NCBI GenBank assembly: GCA_934167885.1
Contig: CAKPMB010000008.1
Location: forward strand, 65 to 64,064
Length of the DNA: 64,000 nucleotides
Reading direction: 5' to 3'
Source of the DNA: an uncultured Bacilli bacterium
GTDB lineage: Bacteria; Bacillota_I; Bacilli_A; RF39; UBA660
A model generated the notes under the pieces. The model was given only the letters and a program-made list of their open reading frames with translations. It did no database searches and had not been told where the DNA came from. How positions within the stretch are numbered: position 1 is the first letter of the stretch; each line of letters begins with the position of its first letter. Positions 28,446 through 38,607 of this stretch are shown one piece after another. Made by a program: the position numbers and the translations under genes.

Positions 28446-29543
28446 ATGGAAAAGTTGAAGATATTAGCAAGAACCATTGTTGAACATAGCCTTAAAGTTA
28501 AAAAAGGTGAAAAGGTTTTAATAACATATCAAGCGATTGAATCACAACCTTTAGTAATGGAAATTGTTAAAGAAATAATTAGAGTTGGTGGTGTTGTTAA
28601 TTTAGATTATATTGATCAAGAAATTAACAACTATATTCGTGAAAATATTACAGATGGTATTATTAAAGACAAAGTTTCACGTTTTAAATATGATGTTAAT
28701 AATTATGATTGTTTTGTTAGACTATATTATCGTATGAGTGATTATTATGATAAAAATATGGACAAACAAATGAAAAATAAGTTAATGGATTTAATGAAGC
28801 CATATAAAGAAATTCAAATTAATAAAAGAAGATGGGTGCTTTTAAATTATCCAAGTTTAGTTGATAGTAATAAAGCTAATATGACACCACAAGAATTTTA
28901 TGATTTTGCTTTTTCTACTATGACTGTTGATTATGAAAAAATGTATCATGATATGCTTCCTTTAAAGAAGTTAATGGATAAGACAAGTAAAGTTAGAATT
29001 ACTGGTCCTAATACTGATATATCTTTTAGTATTAAAGGAATGCCTAGTATTATTTGTGCAGGTGAAAGTAATATTCCAGATGGTGAATGTTTTACGGCAC
29101 CTGTTAAAAATAGTGTTAATGGCACAATTACTTATAATGTTCCAAGTCCTTATGAAGGGGAATTGTTTACAAATGTAAGCTTGACATTTAAAAATGGTAA
29201 AATTATTGCCTTTAATTCTAATAATAATAAAAAAATGGAAGAAATTTTTAATACAGATGAAGGTGCCAGATATGTTGGGGAATTCTCGCTTGGTCTTAAT
29301 CCATTAATTATGGAACCAATGGGTGATATATTGTATGATGAAAAAATTGCGGGCAGTCTACATTTTACACCAGGATGTTCATATGATGAATGCCCTAATG
29401 GCAATAAATCAAGTGTTCATTGGGATTTAGTCTTAATCCAACGCCCTGAACATGGTGGCGGATGTGTATATTTTGATGACGTTTTAATAAGAAAGGATGG
29501 ATTATTTGTCATACCTGAATTAATGGGTTTGAATTATAAGTAG
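28446..29543 (+). CDS. M29-family aminopeptidase (AmpS/PepS-like)
   Basis: N-terminal 'LARTIVEHSLKVKKGEKVLI' typical of aminopeptidase T/S; 365 aa. Confidence 0.6.
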   Translation: MEKLKILARTIVEHSLKVKKGEKVLITYQAIESQPLVMEIVKEIIRVGGVVNLDYIDQEINNYIRENITDGIIKDKVSRFKYDVNNYDCFVRLYYRMSDYYDKNMDKQMKNKLMDLMKPYKEIQINKRRWVLLNYPSLVDSNKANMTPQEFYDFAFSTMTVDYEKMYHDMLPLKKLMDKTSKVRITGPNTDISFSIKGMPSIICAGESNIPDGECFTAPVKNSVNGTITYNVPSPYEGELFTNVSLTFKNGKIIAFNSNNNKKMEEIFNTDEGARYVGEFSLGLNPLIMEPMGDILYDEKIAGSLHFTPGCSYDECPNGNKSSVHWDLVLIQRPEHGGGCVYFDDVLIRKDGLFVIPELMGLNYK

Positions 29544-29558
29544 GAAGAGGTAGTATTT

Positions 29559-30257
29559 ATGAATATGGGAAGAGCTAGTTATCAGCTAAATATTAATTGT
29601 GACGGGGCAGTGGTTAATCAAGTAATTCAAAGTTTTTTGGCAGCTAATAATTTTAAATTAGTGACTAAGCATGGTGAATCATATTATCGATATTCTAATA
29701 TGTTTGAAGGAGAATCTTGCTTTAAATATAATATTTCACAAGGAGTTGTTATGATTGAAGCATGGAAACGAAATGGTTTTGGTGGCGAAATTAGTTTAAA
29801 TCAAAATGGCATTGGTAATATTAATACCGCGATTATTTCATATCGTGAAAAAATTGGGACATTATTAGCAGCGATTGATAAGTTAAACAATAATGCTAGT
29901 ATGAATAATGGTTATAACCAAACACAAGGTAATAATCAAATGAATTTTGATCCAAATACTGGACAACCTTTAAATAATAATTATGCATCTAGCAGTAATC
30001 AAGCAGTATTACAAAACTTTAATAATAGTAATAACAAAAGTTTAAGTAAAACTGCTAAATGGGGCTTATTTTATGCTATTATTGGTTTAATTACTAGTTT
30101 AACTGGTGGAATGGATTACTTTTCAGCATTATTTGCTATAATTGGTATAACATGTGGTATAAGAGGACTTAAATCGGAAAGCAAAGGTTTGGCTATAGCT
30201 GATATTGTTCTTTCTGCTCTTTCAATCGTATGTTGTCTTTTAGAAATAGGAATTTAA
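29559..30257 (+). CDS. Hypothetical protein with C-terminal DUF4190-like double TM
   Basis: Asn/Gln-rich linker; C-terminal 'GLFYAIIGLITSLTGG...IIGITCGIRGLK'. Confidence 0.45.
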   Translation: MNMGRASYQLNINCDGAVVNQVIQSFLAANNFKLVTKHGESYYRYSNMFEGESCFKYNISQGVVMIEAWKRNGFGGEISLNQNGIGNINTAIISYREKIGTLLAAIDKLNNNASMNNGYNQTQGNNQMNFDPNTGQPLNNNYASSSNQAVLQNFNNSNNKSLSKTAKWGLFYAIIGLITSLTGGMDYFSALFAIIGITCGIRGLKSESKGLAIADIVLSALSIVCCLLEIGI

Positions 30258-30319
30258 ATACTTTCATAGTATTTTTTTTCGTTATATGGTAAAATTATGT
30301 AGAAAGCGGTGAGGTATAT

Positions 30320-31240
30320 ATGGATTCATGCAGTTTTGGTAGGGCTAATGAGAAAAAGTTAGAAGAAAATTTCATTAAAGCCTTAAAAAATCCTAACTTT
30401 GTTAAAGTTGCAAATAGTCTTGATATATCTGATAAAGTTAAAATGAAATATACTCTTCACTTATTAAGTGTATCTTCACAATTAGAAATATGCCAAAAAT
30501 GCAAAGGATTAGAGAATTGTCCATATGATATAAAAGGCTTAGTTGAATACCCAGTAGTTGAAAAGGATTATATAAAATTTGTTTATAGAAAATGCAAATA
30601 TCGTGAAAAACATGATAAAGATTTATTTTATTTAAAAAATATAAAGTATTATAAAATGTCTGATGAGTTGTTAAAAGCTAGTTTTAAAAATATTTATAAA
30701 GATGATAGTAATCGTTTAGAAACTGTTAAAGCCTTAAAGGAATTTTATGATGACTATATACATGGTAAAGAATGTAAGGGTATATATTTGTATGGTAATT
30801 TTGGATGTGGTAAATCATATTTAGTGTCAGCGCTTTTTAATGAATTAGCTAAAAGTGGTATTAAAAGTTGTAGTGTTTATTTTCCAGAACTTTTACGAAG
30901 TTTAAAAGCTAGTTTTGGTAGTGAAATAAATGAATATGAAGATCGCTTTGATGAAATAAAAGAAGCTAAATTGTTATTATTAGATGATGTTGGGGCTGAA
31001 AAAGTAACTGAATGGTCAAGAGATGAAGTATTAGGAACTATTTTACAATATCGGATGGATAATAATTTACCGACTTTTATAACTTCTAATTTATCAATAA
31101 AAGAATTAGAAGAGAATTTATCTATCGCGAATGGCACATGTGATAAATTAAAAAGTAGAAGAATTGTTGAAAGAATAAAGTATTTGTGTAATGAAATAAA
31201 AATGATTAGTGTTAATCGTAGAAAGCAACATCGCTCGTAA
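30320..31240 (+). CDS. DnaI/DnaC-family helicase-loader ATPase with N-terminal Cys-rich zinc-binding domain
   Basis: 'CQKCKGLENCPYD', Walker A 'GNFGCGKSYL', Walker B 'LLLLDDVGAE', 'FITSNL'. Not adjacent to a dnaB-like gene. Confidence 0.65.
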   Translation: MDSCSFGRANEKKLEENFIKALKNPNFVKVANSLDISDKVKMKYTLHLLSVSSQLEICQKCKGLENCPYDIKGLVEYPVVEKDYIKFVYRKCKYREKHDKDLFYLKNIKYYKMSDELLKASFKNIYKDDSNRLETVKALKEFYDDYIHGKECKGIYLYGNFGCGKSYLVSALFNELAKSGIKSCSVYFPELLRSLKASFGSEINEYEDRFDEIKEAKLLLLDDVGAEKVTEWSRDEVLGTILQYRMDNNLPTFITSNLSIKELEENLSIANGTCDKLKSRRIVERIKYLCNEIKMISVNRRKQHRS

Positions 31241-31289
31241 TAGTGATGTTTTTTTATGAATAAAAAATGCTTGTCTGTTAATAATAAAA

Positions 31290-31739
31290 ATGGGTGATTT
31301 AATGGAAAAAAAGTTATATGACAAAATAGTTATGAATCATATGCCAAAAGAGACAAGGATTCAAAATGGCGTAATTGCCTTTTTAGTAGGGGGAACAGTT
31401 GGTGTTTTGGGTGAATTATTAATGGAATTTTATTCTTATTATTTGAAAATTCCTAAAAGTGATGCTTCAGTTTTTATGATAATTACTTTAATATTTTTTG
31501 CTAGTTTATTTACAGCATTGGGCTTTTTTGATAATTGGGTTAAGTTTGCAAGGTGTGGTCTTATTATTCCAATTACGGGCTTCGCTCATTCTATGACTAG
31601 TGCAGCGATTGAATATAAAAAAGAAGGTTATGTCACGGGGTTAGGAGCGAATATGTTTAAACTAGCAGGCACGGTTATTTTGTATGGTGTTGTTTCATCA
31701 TATATATTTGGCATAATAAGGATAATAATAGGAGGTTAA
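31290..31739 (+). CDS. spoVAC: Stage V sporulation protein AC (alternative start at 31302)
   Basis: 'HMPKETRIQNGVIAFLVGGTVGVLGE', a ~150-aa membrane protein with SpoVAC-like N-terminus; followed by spoVAD and spoVAE. Confidence 0.75.
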   Translation: MGDLMEKKLYDKIVMNHMPKETRIQNGVIAFLVGGTVGVLGELLMEFYSYYLKIPKSDASVFMIITLIFFASLFTALGFFDNWVKFARCGLIIPITGFAHSMTSAAIEYKKEGYVTGLGANMFKLAGTVILYGVVSSYIFGIIRIIIGG

Positions 31740-31740
31740 T

Positions 31741-32736
31741 GTGACACATAAATATAATAATGTATATTTAAATGAAGTAGCGACAGTAGTCGGTAAAATA
31801 GAGTTTGATGGACCATTAGGTAAGTGTTTTGATAGACATTATGAAGATTATTATGCTAATCAAGATGGTTTAGAACGAGCTGAAATTAAATTAATGGAAG
31901 AAAGTATTGATATTTTAATTGATAAATTAAATCTTTCTAAGGATGATATTAATTTATTAATTGCTGGTGATTTACAAAATCAAATAACTTCATCATGTTA
32001 TACGGCTGAATATGTTGGATGCCCATTTATTGGCACATATTCAGCCTGCGCTACGAATGGGGAAAATATTATTTTAGCATCAAATATGATTGAAAATAAT
32101 TGTGTTGATAATTGTGTTGTTTCGGTTAGTAGCCATAATATGGTAGCAGAAAAACAATTTAGAAATCCTACTGAATATGGGGCTCCTAAACCAAGTACGG
32201 CCACTTTTACATCTACTGGTGGAGCGAGTGCTTTTTTATCAAATAAAAAAAGTAAAGTGCGAATTGAGAGTGTAACGGTTGGTAAGGTTATTGATTTAGA
32301 ACAATCTGATCCTAATAATATGGGAGCATGTATGGCCCCAGCCGCTGCTTGGACAATAAATCAACACTTAAAAGATTTAAACCGCGATGTTGATTATTAT
32401 GATTTAATTGTCACTGGTGATTTAGGAATATGTGGAAAAGAAATTTTACGGGAATATCTATCAAAGGAATATAATATTAAAATCAAGAATAATTACAATG
32501 ATTGTGGTGTTATGTTATATGATTTAGAAAAACAAAAAGATGTTAAATCAGGTGGATCAGGACCAGCTTGTAGTGCACTTGTATTATATACGGATATTTT
32601 TACTAAACTAAAAAATGGTAAATTAAAGAAGGTTTTATATGTGCCAACCGGAGCTTTATTTAATCCTGGTTTAGTTTTCCAAAAAGAAAATATTTTATCT
32701 ATAGCGCATGCTGTTAGTTTGGAGGTAGAAGATTAA
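31741..32736 (+). CDS. spoVAD: Stage V sporulation protein AD (GTG start)
   Basis: 331 aa with thiolase/KAS-like fold signatures (CATNGE, GDLG...); operon position. Confidence 0.75.
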   Translation: MTHKYNNVYLNEVATVVGKIEFDGPLGKCFDRHYEDYYANQDGLERAEIKLMEESIDILIDKLNLSKDDINLLIAGDLQNQITSSCYTAEYVGCPFIGTYSACATNGENIILASNMIENNCVDNCVVSVSSHNMVAEKQFRNPTEYGAPKPSTATFTSTGGASAFLSNKKSKVRIESVTVGKVIDLEQSDPNNMGACMAPAAAWTINQHLKDLNRDVDYYDLIVTGDLGICGKEILREYLSKEYNIKIKNNYNDCGVMLYDLEKQKDVKSGGSGPACSALVLYTDIFTKLKNGKLKKVLYVPTGALFNPGLVFQKENILSIAHAVSLEVED

Positions 32737-33086
32737 TGGTATATATTTATTCATTTTTATTTGCAGGATTTTTATGCCTTGTAGCTCAAATTATTTTAGA
32801 TAATACAAAGTTAACTCCTGGCCATATCACAAGTATGTTTGTTATATTAGGTTCATTTTTAGATATATTTAATATATATGATAAGATTATTGACTATGTT
32901 GGTGGTGGAGCTTTAGTTCCCATTACTTCCTTTGGACACTTATTAATTCATGGTGGACTTGCTAGGGTTAATGAAGTAGGTTTTATGGGATTATTCATGG
33001 GAATGTTTGATTTAACCGCCTCTGGTATTACCAGTGCTATCTTCTTTGCATTCATCTTCTCATTATTTATGCGTCCAAAAGACTAG
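32736..33086 (+). CDS. spoVAE: Stage V sporulation protein AE (SpoVAEb-type, 116 aa)
   Basis: Small membrane protein 'GGGALVPITSFGHLLIHGG' overlapping the spoVAD stop. Confidence 0.7.
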   Translation: MVYIYSFLFAGFLCLVAQIILDNTKLTPGHITSMFVILGSFLDIFNIYDKIIDYVGGGALVPITSFGHLLIHGGLARVNEVGFMGLFMGMFDLTASGITSAIFFAFIFSLFMRPKD

Positions 33087-33136
33087 TTGTTAAAGCTTAA
33101 AAAATATGATAAACTAGATTACTTAGTGGAGGTATT

Positions 33137-34039
33137 ATGACTGAGGGAGATTTAGTTATTGCAGAAAAAGTTATAAATGATAAATTAGAACGGGGTATAT
33201 GGGAAAATTATTTCTCTAAAATATATCCTTGGACAACAGAAAACTTATCAGGTTATATACCAAATTATGATTATACGGAAAGTGATGTTTTAACAACTGG
33301 AAGTAGTGGTGATCAAATTTTAAATTTGATAAGTTGTGGCGCTAAAAATATTAGATGTTTAGATATAAATCCTTTTGTTCAATACTATTTTAATTTGAAA
33401 AAAGCCCTAATTTTAACATTATCAAAAGAAGATTTTGTTAAATCTTTTTCAAATAATAAAGGTAGTATTCGCATGAATCAAAAAATGTTTGATAGTAGTA
33501 AGGATAAATTAGATAAATATACATATTCTTTTTGGAATAGATTATTCAATAAATATGGTTTTGATAGAGTTGTTCAAGGTTTATTTATTAATAATTTTAG
33601 TAATAAACCGGTTGATATAACAGAATATAATTATTATTTACAAGGTCCTAATTATGAACAATTAAAGAATCGTTTAAATGATGTTTCAATATATTTTGAT
33701 AATCGTAATTTAAATGAAATAGTTCATGATCGTCAAGAATATGATTATATGTTTCTATCTAACATTCTAGATTATATTTATAATTTAAATTCTTTGGATG
33801 ATAATGAATTAAGTAAATTAGAACCCGTTTATCGAAATTTTATAACCCTTTTAAGTCGTCTTTTAAAGGATAATGGTAAGATGTTCTTTCATTACTTTTA
33901 TGATATTGCTAATAATTATCATTATGATACAATATCAGATTGGTTTAAAAGAAGTCCATTTGTTTCACAAGTAGAATTTAATGGTGTTTTAAAAACTGAT
34001 GGTGAATTAGTATATTCAAAGAAAAAAGGTATTTTATAA
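33137..34039 (+). CDS. Hypothetical protein (possible DUF3419/BtaA-like SAM-binding fold)
   Basis: 'VLTTGSSGDQILNLISCGAKNIRCLDINP' resembles a nucleotide-binding motif; weak. Confidence 0.35.
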   Translation: MTEGDLVIAEKVINDKLERGIWENYFSKIYPWTTENLSGYIPNYDYTESDVLTTGSSGDQILNLISCGAKNIRCLDINPFVQYYFNLKKALILTLSKEDFVKSFSNNKGSIRMNQKMFDSSKDKLDKYTYSFWNRLFNKYGFDRVVQGLFINNFSNKPVDITEYNYYLQGPNYEQLKNRLNDVSIYFDNRNLNEIVHDRQEYDYMFLSNILDYIYNLNSLDDNELSKLEPVYRNFITLLSRLLKDNGKMFFHYFYDIANNYHYDTISDWFKRSPFVSQVEFNGVLKTDGELVYSKKKGIL

Positions 34040-34196
34040 TATTTTTAATAAAACATTTAAATAGTGTTTTATTTTTTTTTTATAATTTTTTATTTTTTTT
34101 CGTCTAAATATGTAATATTTATGCCCTTGTATGTCTAAATATTGGTTTTTTAGTCAGATTATGATACAATTTTATAGAATGAGAAAGGAGAATATT

Positions 34197-35669
34197 ATGA
34201 CAAGGGTTACGAAGAAAATGCGTCGCAAATATAATATCTTTTTTAATATTGTTGCTTTTATATCTTTAACTTTAGGGTTAATTTTTGCCATTTTAATTTA
34301 TGCTATTGGGATGATTCCTAATAAATATATAATGATTATTTGGATTGTTTTAGGAGTAATTTATCTTATTCTCCTTGTCTTAACATTACCACGCAAATTA
34401 AAAATTAGGGTTAAGAGTGTATCATGTGTCATATTTGTTATCTTTGCTGTCCTTTTTTCATTTGGAATTTGGTATGTTAATAAAACTTATAACTTTCTTG
34501 ATTTAATAAATAATAAATTAATGCAAAAAGAGGATTATTATTTAATGACTATTGATAAAGATATAACTCTTAATTCTCTAAATGATAAAGAGGTTGGTCT
34601 TTATGCTGCCAGTAATAAAGATGAGGTTATTAATAAGTCTAAGAAAACATATGAATTTATCATTAAGGAATATAGTGATATTGTTTCGATGTTTGAAGAT
34701 TTAAGTGATAAAAGGATTGCGGCGGTTTTAATAAATGATTCTGCCAAATCCTTATTGTCGTCGGATCTTTCATATATGAATTTAAAACTTAATGAAATAT
34801 CTTCGATTCAAGTTCCAGTTAAAGATTCGGATACTTTAAAAGTAGTTGATGTTACTAACACACCATTTAATGTTTATATTGCTGGTGGGGACGCTTATGG
34901 AAGTATTAATAAAGTAGCAAATACCGATGTTAATATGGTTGTATCAGTTGATTCTGTTAATAAAAAATTATTATTAACGTCTATCCCAAGAGACTACTAT
35001 GTTAATTTACCAACTAAAGGCGAGAAGGCCTATGATAAATTAACCCATGCCGGTTATTATGGTATTGATTCATCCATTAAAGCGGTTGAAAAGCTTTTGG
35101 ATATAGATATTAACTACTATGTGAAAGTTAACTTTTCAACTATTAAAGATGTTATTGATGCTATTCGTGGTGTTGATGTTTATAGTGATTATGCTTTTAC
35201 GGAAGATTCTTCTATGAAACATTTTCATTATGTTAAGGGCTGGAATCATCTAAATGGTGAACGTGCTTTGGCCTTTGCAAGAGAGCGTCATGCTTTTGCA
35301 GATGGCGATGTTCAGAGAGTTAAAAATCAACAAAAAGTATTAACTGCTATTATCAATAAAGTTACTAAATCAACAACCTTAATTACTAATTATGGAAAAA
35401 TTTTAGATTCAGTTAGTAAGAGTATTTCAATGAATATGGATACAAAGAGTATTTCAAGACTTGTTAGGTTACAACTTAATGATATGAGTCCATGGACGAT
35501 TGAAAGTCAAAATTTGGTTGGAAGTGATTTATATACAAAGGGAACATGGACATTCCCTAACTTAAAGTTATATGTTATGAAACAAAATGATGAATCAGTT
35601 AAAGCATCACAAAATAAATTGAAAAGTTTTATGGGGGAGGAAGTAGTTTCAAATGAAGCCGTTAGTTAG
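34197..35669 (+). CDS. LytR-CpsA-Psr (LCP) family phosphotransferase
   Basis: N-terminal TMs; LCP domain 'SIPRDYYVNLP', 'ERALAFARERHAFADGDVQRVKNQQKVL'; RBS AAAGGAG. Confidence 0.8.
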   Translation: MTRVTKKMRRKYNIFFNIVAFISLTLGLIFAILIYAIGMIPNKYIMIIWIVLGVIYLILLVLTLPRKLKIRVKSVSCVIFVIFAVLFSFGIWYVNKTYNFLDLINNKLMQKEDYYLMTIDKDITLNSLNDKEVGLYAASNKDEVINKSKKTYEFIIKEYSDIVSMFEDLSDKRIAAVLINDSAKSLLSSDLSYMNLKLNEISSIQVPVKDSDTLKVVDVTNTPFNVYIAGGDAYGSINKVANTDVNMVVSVDSVNKKLLLTSIPRDYYVNLPTKGEKAYDKLTHAGYYGIDSSIKAVEKLLDIDINYYVKVNFSTIKDVIDAIRGVDVYSDYAFTEDSSMKHFHYVKGWNHLNGERALAFARERHAFADGDVQRVKNQQKVLTAIINKVTKSTTLITNYGKILDSVSKSISMNMDTKSISRLVRLQLNDMSPWTIESQNLVGSDLYTKGTWTFPNLKLYVMKQNDESVKASQNKLKSFMGEEVVSNEAVS

Positions 35670-36450
35670 TATAATAACGCCTGTTTTTAACTTAGAAAAA
35701 GAGATTGTATGGACTATTGAGTCTGTTTTAAAACAAACAATGCCTGACTTTGAAATGATAATTGTTGACGATATGTCAACTGATAAGACCAAGGAAGTTG
35801 TTAAAAATTATGCTAAATTAGATAAACGTATAAAGTATTATTGTCTTAAAGAAAAAAGTGGAGCATCGGGTGCTCGTAATTATGCACTATCAAAATGTCA
35901 TGGAAGATATATTGCCTTTTTAGATGGTGATGATTTATGGTATCCTTCAAAATTAGAAAAACAAATTAATTTTATGCAAAGCAGAAACATAGCCTTTTCT
36001 TATACTGATTATGAATATATTGATGATAACAATATAAGGATGAACATTGTGCGTGTTTGTCCTAATAAAGTTTCATATTTTAGAATGCTGTTAGGTGACT
36101 CAATTGGATGTTTAACAGTTATGTATGATACAAAGAAGGTTGGTAAGATAAACATTCCACCTATTGAAAAACGTAATGATTATGCTTTATGGTGTTGTAT
36201 TTTAAAGAAAGTTCGTTATGCTTATAAATTAAATGAAGTGTTATCACTTTATCGTAAAAGCAGCCTTTCTTTATCATCTGGTCCTAAAGCCCATTTACTG
36301 AAATATCATTATCAAATGCATCGTGAAATAAATGGCTTTAATCCTGTTACATCATTTTTCTTTACCGGAACGAATGGTGTAAATTATGTTATTAATAAGA
36401 AAATTCGTGAAAAGAAAATAAATGATAAAAAAGAAAAAGTTGGTGTATAA
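35653..36450 (+). CDS. Family 2 glycosyltransferase
   Basis: 'VSIITPVFN', 'IVDDMSTD', 'FLDGDD'. Confidence 0.8.
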   Translation: MKPLVSIITPVFNLEKEIVWTIESVLKQTMPDFEMIIVDDMSTDKTKEVVKNYAKLDKRIKYYCLKEKSGASGARNYALSKCHGRYIAFLDGDDLWYPSKLEKQINFMQSRNIAFSYTDYEYIDDNNIRMNIVRVCPNKVSYFRMLLGDSIGCLTVMYDTKKVGKINIPPIEKRNDYALWCCILKKVRYAYKLNEVLSLYRKSSLSLSSGPKAHLLKYHYQMHREINGFNPVTSFFFTGTNGVNYVINKKIREKKINDKKEKVGV

Positions 36451-36451
36451 A

Positions 36452-37489
36452 ATGAAGGTAGGAATAGTTGGGCATTATGCTCGCAATTTTGATTTTTTTG
36501 ATGGACAAACGGTTAAAACCCGCAATTTATATAATGCCCTAATCAAAATATATGGTGAAGATGAAGTTTTCTTAGTAGATACATATAACTATCGTAAGCA
36601 TCCTTTTAAATTAATAAAAAATTGTTTAGCATGTGCAAGAGAATGTGAAAATATTATTTTGCTTCCTGCTAGAAATGGTATTAAAGTCTTCATTCCATTC
36701 TTTGCTAAACTTAAGAAAAAGTATAAATTTAAATTATTTTATGATGTTATAGGTGGTTGGTTACCAGAATTTGTGGAATCCAAACAATTTTTAAAAAATC
36801 CTTTAAAAAAAGTTGATAATATCTATGTTGAAACAACTGGTATGAAAAATAAACTTGCTAAAATTGGTGTATTTAATGTAAAGGTATTATATAATTTTAA
36901 AAATTTAAAACCAATTAATATAAGTGAGATTGAAGATAAAGATTATTCTAAAATAAAACTATGCACATTCTCAAGAGTTGTTAAAGAAAAAGGTATTGAA
37001 AATGCTATAAACATTGTTAAAATTGTTAATGATAAATTAAAATTTCCTTATTGTTCTTTAGATATTTATGGTGAAATAGCTGAAAAATATAAAAAAGAAT
37101 TTATGGAATTAATTGATAAATCTCCTAATTATATAAAGTATAAAGGTATTAAAAAGGCAGAGGAATCTGTTAAAACATTAAAAAAATATGATTTCTTACT
37201 ATTTCCAACTTATTATGATGGTGAGGGTTTAGCAGGCACGATTATTGATGCATTCTCATCCTCAGTTCCCGTTTTAGCATCACGCTGGCGATATAATGGC
37301 GAAATAGTTAAAAATAAACGTAATGGTTTTCTTTTTGATGTAGGGGATGATGAACAAGCTGCTAAAATAATTATTAACATATATAACCATAAATACGATA
37401 TTTATACTATGCGGAAAAATTGTGTTAATTGTGCTAAAAATTATACAGAACAGGAAGTCATAAGAAAATTAATAAGAGATTTTAAGTAG
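36452..37489 (+). CDS. GT4/GT1-type glycosyltransferase
   Basis: C-terminal GT-B donor-binding region 'FPTYYDGEGLAGTIIDAFSSSVPVLAS'. Confidence 0.65.
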   Translation: MKVGIVGHYARNFDFFDGQTVKTRNLYNALIKIYGEDEVFLVDTYNYRKHPFKLIKNCLACARECENIILLPARNGIKVFIPFFAKLKKKYKFKLFYDVIGGWLPEFVESKQFLKNPLKKVDNIYVETTGMKNKLAKIGVFNVKVLYNFKNLKPINISEIEDKDYSKIKLCTFSRVVKEKGIENAINIVKIVNDKLKFPYCSLDIYGEIAEKYKKEFMELIDKSPNYIKYKGIKKAEESVKTLKKYDFLLFPTYYDGEGLAGTIIDAFSSSVPVLASRWRYNGEIVKNKRNGFLFDVGDDEQAAKIIINIYNHKYDIYTMRKNCVNCAKNYTEQEVIRKLIRDFK

Positions 37490-37505
37490 TAAGTGGGGTG
37501 TAGTA

Positions 37506-38594
37506 ATGAAGAGACTATTATGCATTGTATCTTCAATGTCAACAGGGGGTGCTGAGACATTTTTAATGAAATTATATCGTTCTATTGATAAAGAAAAATA
37601 TCAATTTGATTTTATTGTTTCAAAAAAAGAAAAAGGCTTTTATGATGATGAAATAACAAAATTAGGAGGAAAAATATACTATGTTCCACCTAAATCAAAA
37701 CATCCTCTAAAATCTTTTTTAGAAATTAAACGAATAGTTCATGATAATAAATACTTGTCAGTTTTACGAACAAGTCAACAATCTCTTGCTAATATTGATT
37801 TAATTGCCGCATATTGTGGAGGAGCTCGTAAGTTGATTTATAGAGCAAGTAATGCTTCAATTACTGGTAATGGGTTAAAAAAACTTATAAACAGAATGTT
37901 TCGCTTTCTAAATATAATAGTTCCTAATGTTAGAATTGCACCTTCTACTTTAGCCGCACAATATGTATTTGGTAATAGATGTGTTAATAAGGGGATGGTT
38001 CATATTATTCATAATGCTATTAATTATGATAAGTTCGCTTTTAATAACGATATTAGAAAGCAAATTCGTAAAGAATTGCATGTTACTAATAAAAATGTTT
38101 ATGGTCATGTTGGAAGATTTAATATTCAAAAAAATCATAAGTTTTTGATAGAAGTTTTTAATGAAATTCAAAAAAAGGATAGTAAGGCTGTTTTAATATT
38201 AATAGGTGAAGGTGAACTTAAAGATAGTATTTTAGAATATACAAAAAAATTAGGTATAGAAAATAAGGTTAAATTTTTAGGTGTTAAAGAAAATGTTAAT
38301 GAATATTTAATGGCTATGGATAAATTAATATTTCCATCTTTTTTTGAAGGTATGCCTAATGTTTTAATTGAGTCTGAAGCATCCGCTCTTCCATCATATG
38401 TATCCGATACAATTACTAAAGAAGCTAAAATCACTAAATATGTTAAGTATATAAGTCTTGATAAAACTAGTAAAGAATGGGCTGATATTATTATTCGTAG
38501 TAATATTAAAAGAAGTGATACGAGAGAACATTTTATAAAAAATAATTATATGATTGAGGATGTTTTGGATGAGTTTATAAAAATAAGTTTTTAA
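37506..38594 (+). CDS. Family 4 glycosyltransferase
   Basis: 'STGGAETF' and 'PSFFEGMPNVLIES'. Confidence 0.75.
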   Translation: MKRLLCIVSSMSTGGAETFLMKLYRSIDKEKYQFDFIVSKKEKGFYDDEITKLGGKIYYVPPKSKHPLKSFLEIKRIVHDNKYLSVLRTSQQSLANIDLIAAYCGGARKLIYRASNASITGNGLKKLINRMFRFLNIIVPNVRIAPSTLAAQYVFGNRCVNKGMVHIIHNAINYDKFAFNNDIRKQIRKELHVTNKNVYGHVGRFNIQKNHKFLIEVFNEIQKKDSKAVLILIGEGELKDSILEYTKKLGIENKVKFLGVKENVNEYLMAMDKLIFPSFFEGMPNVLIESEASALPSYVSDTITKEAKITKYVKYISLDKTSKEWADIIIRSNIKRSDTREHFIKNNYMIEDVLDEFIKISF

Positions 38595-38607
38595 AAAGGG
38601 GAAATTT

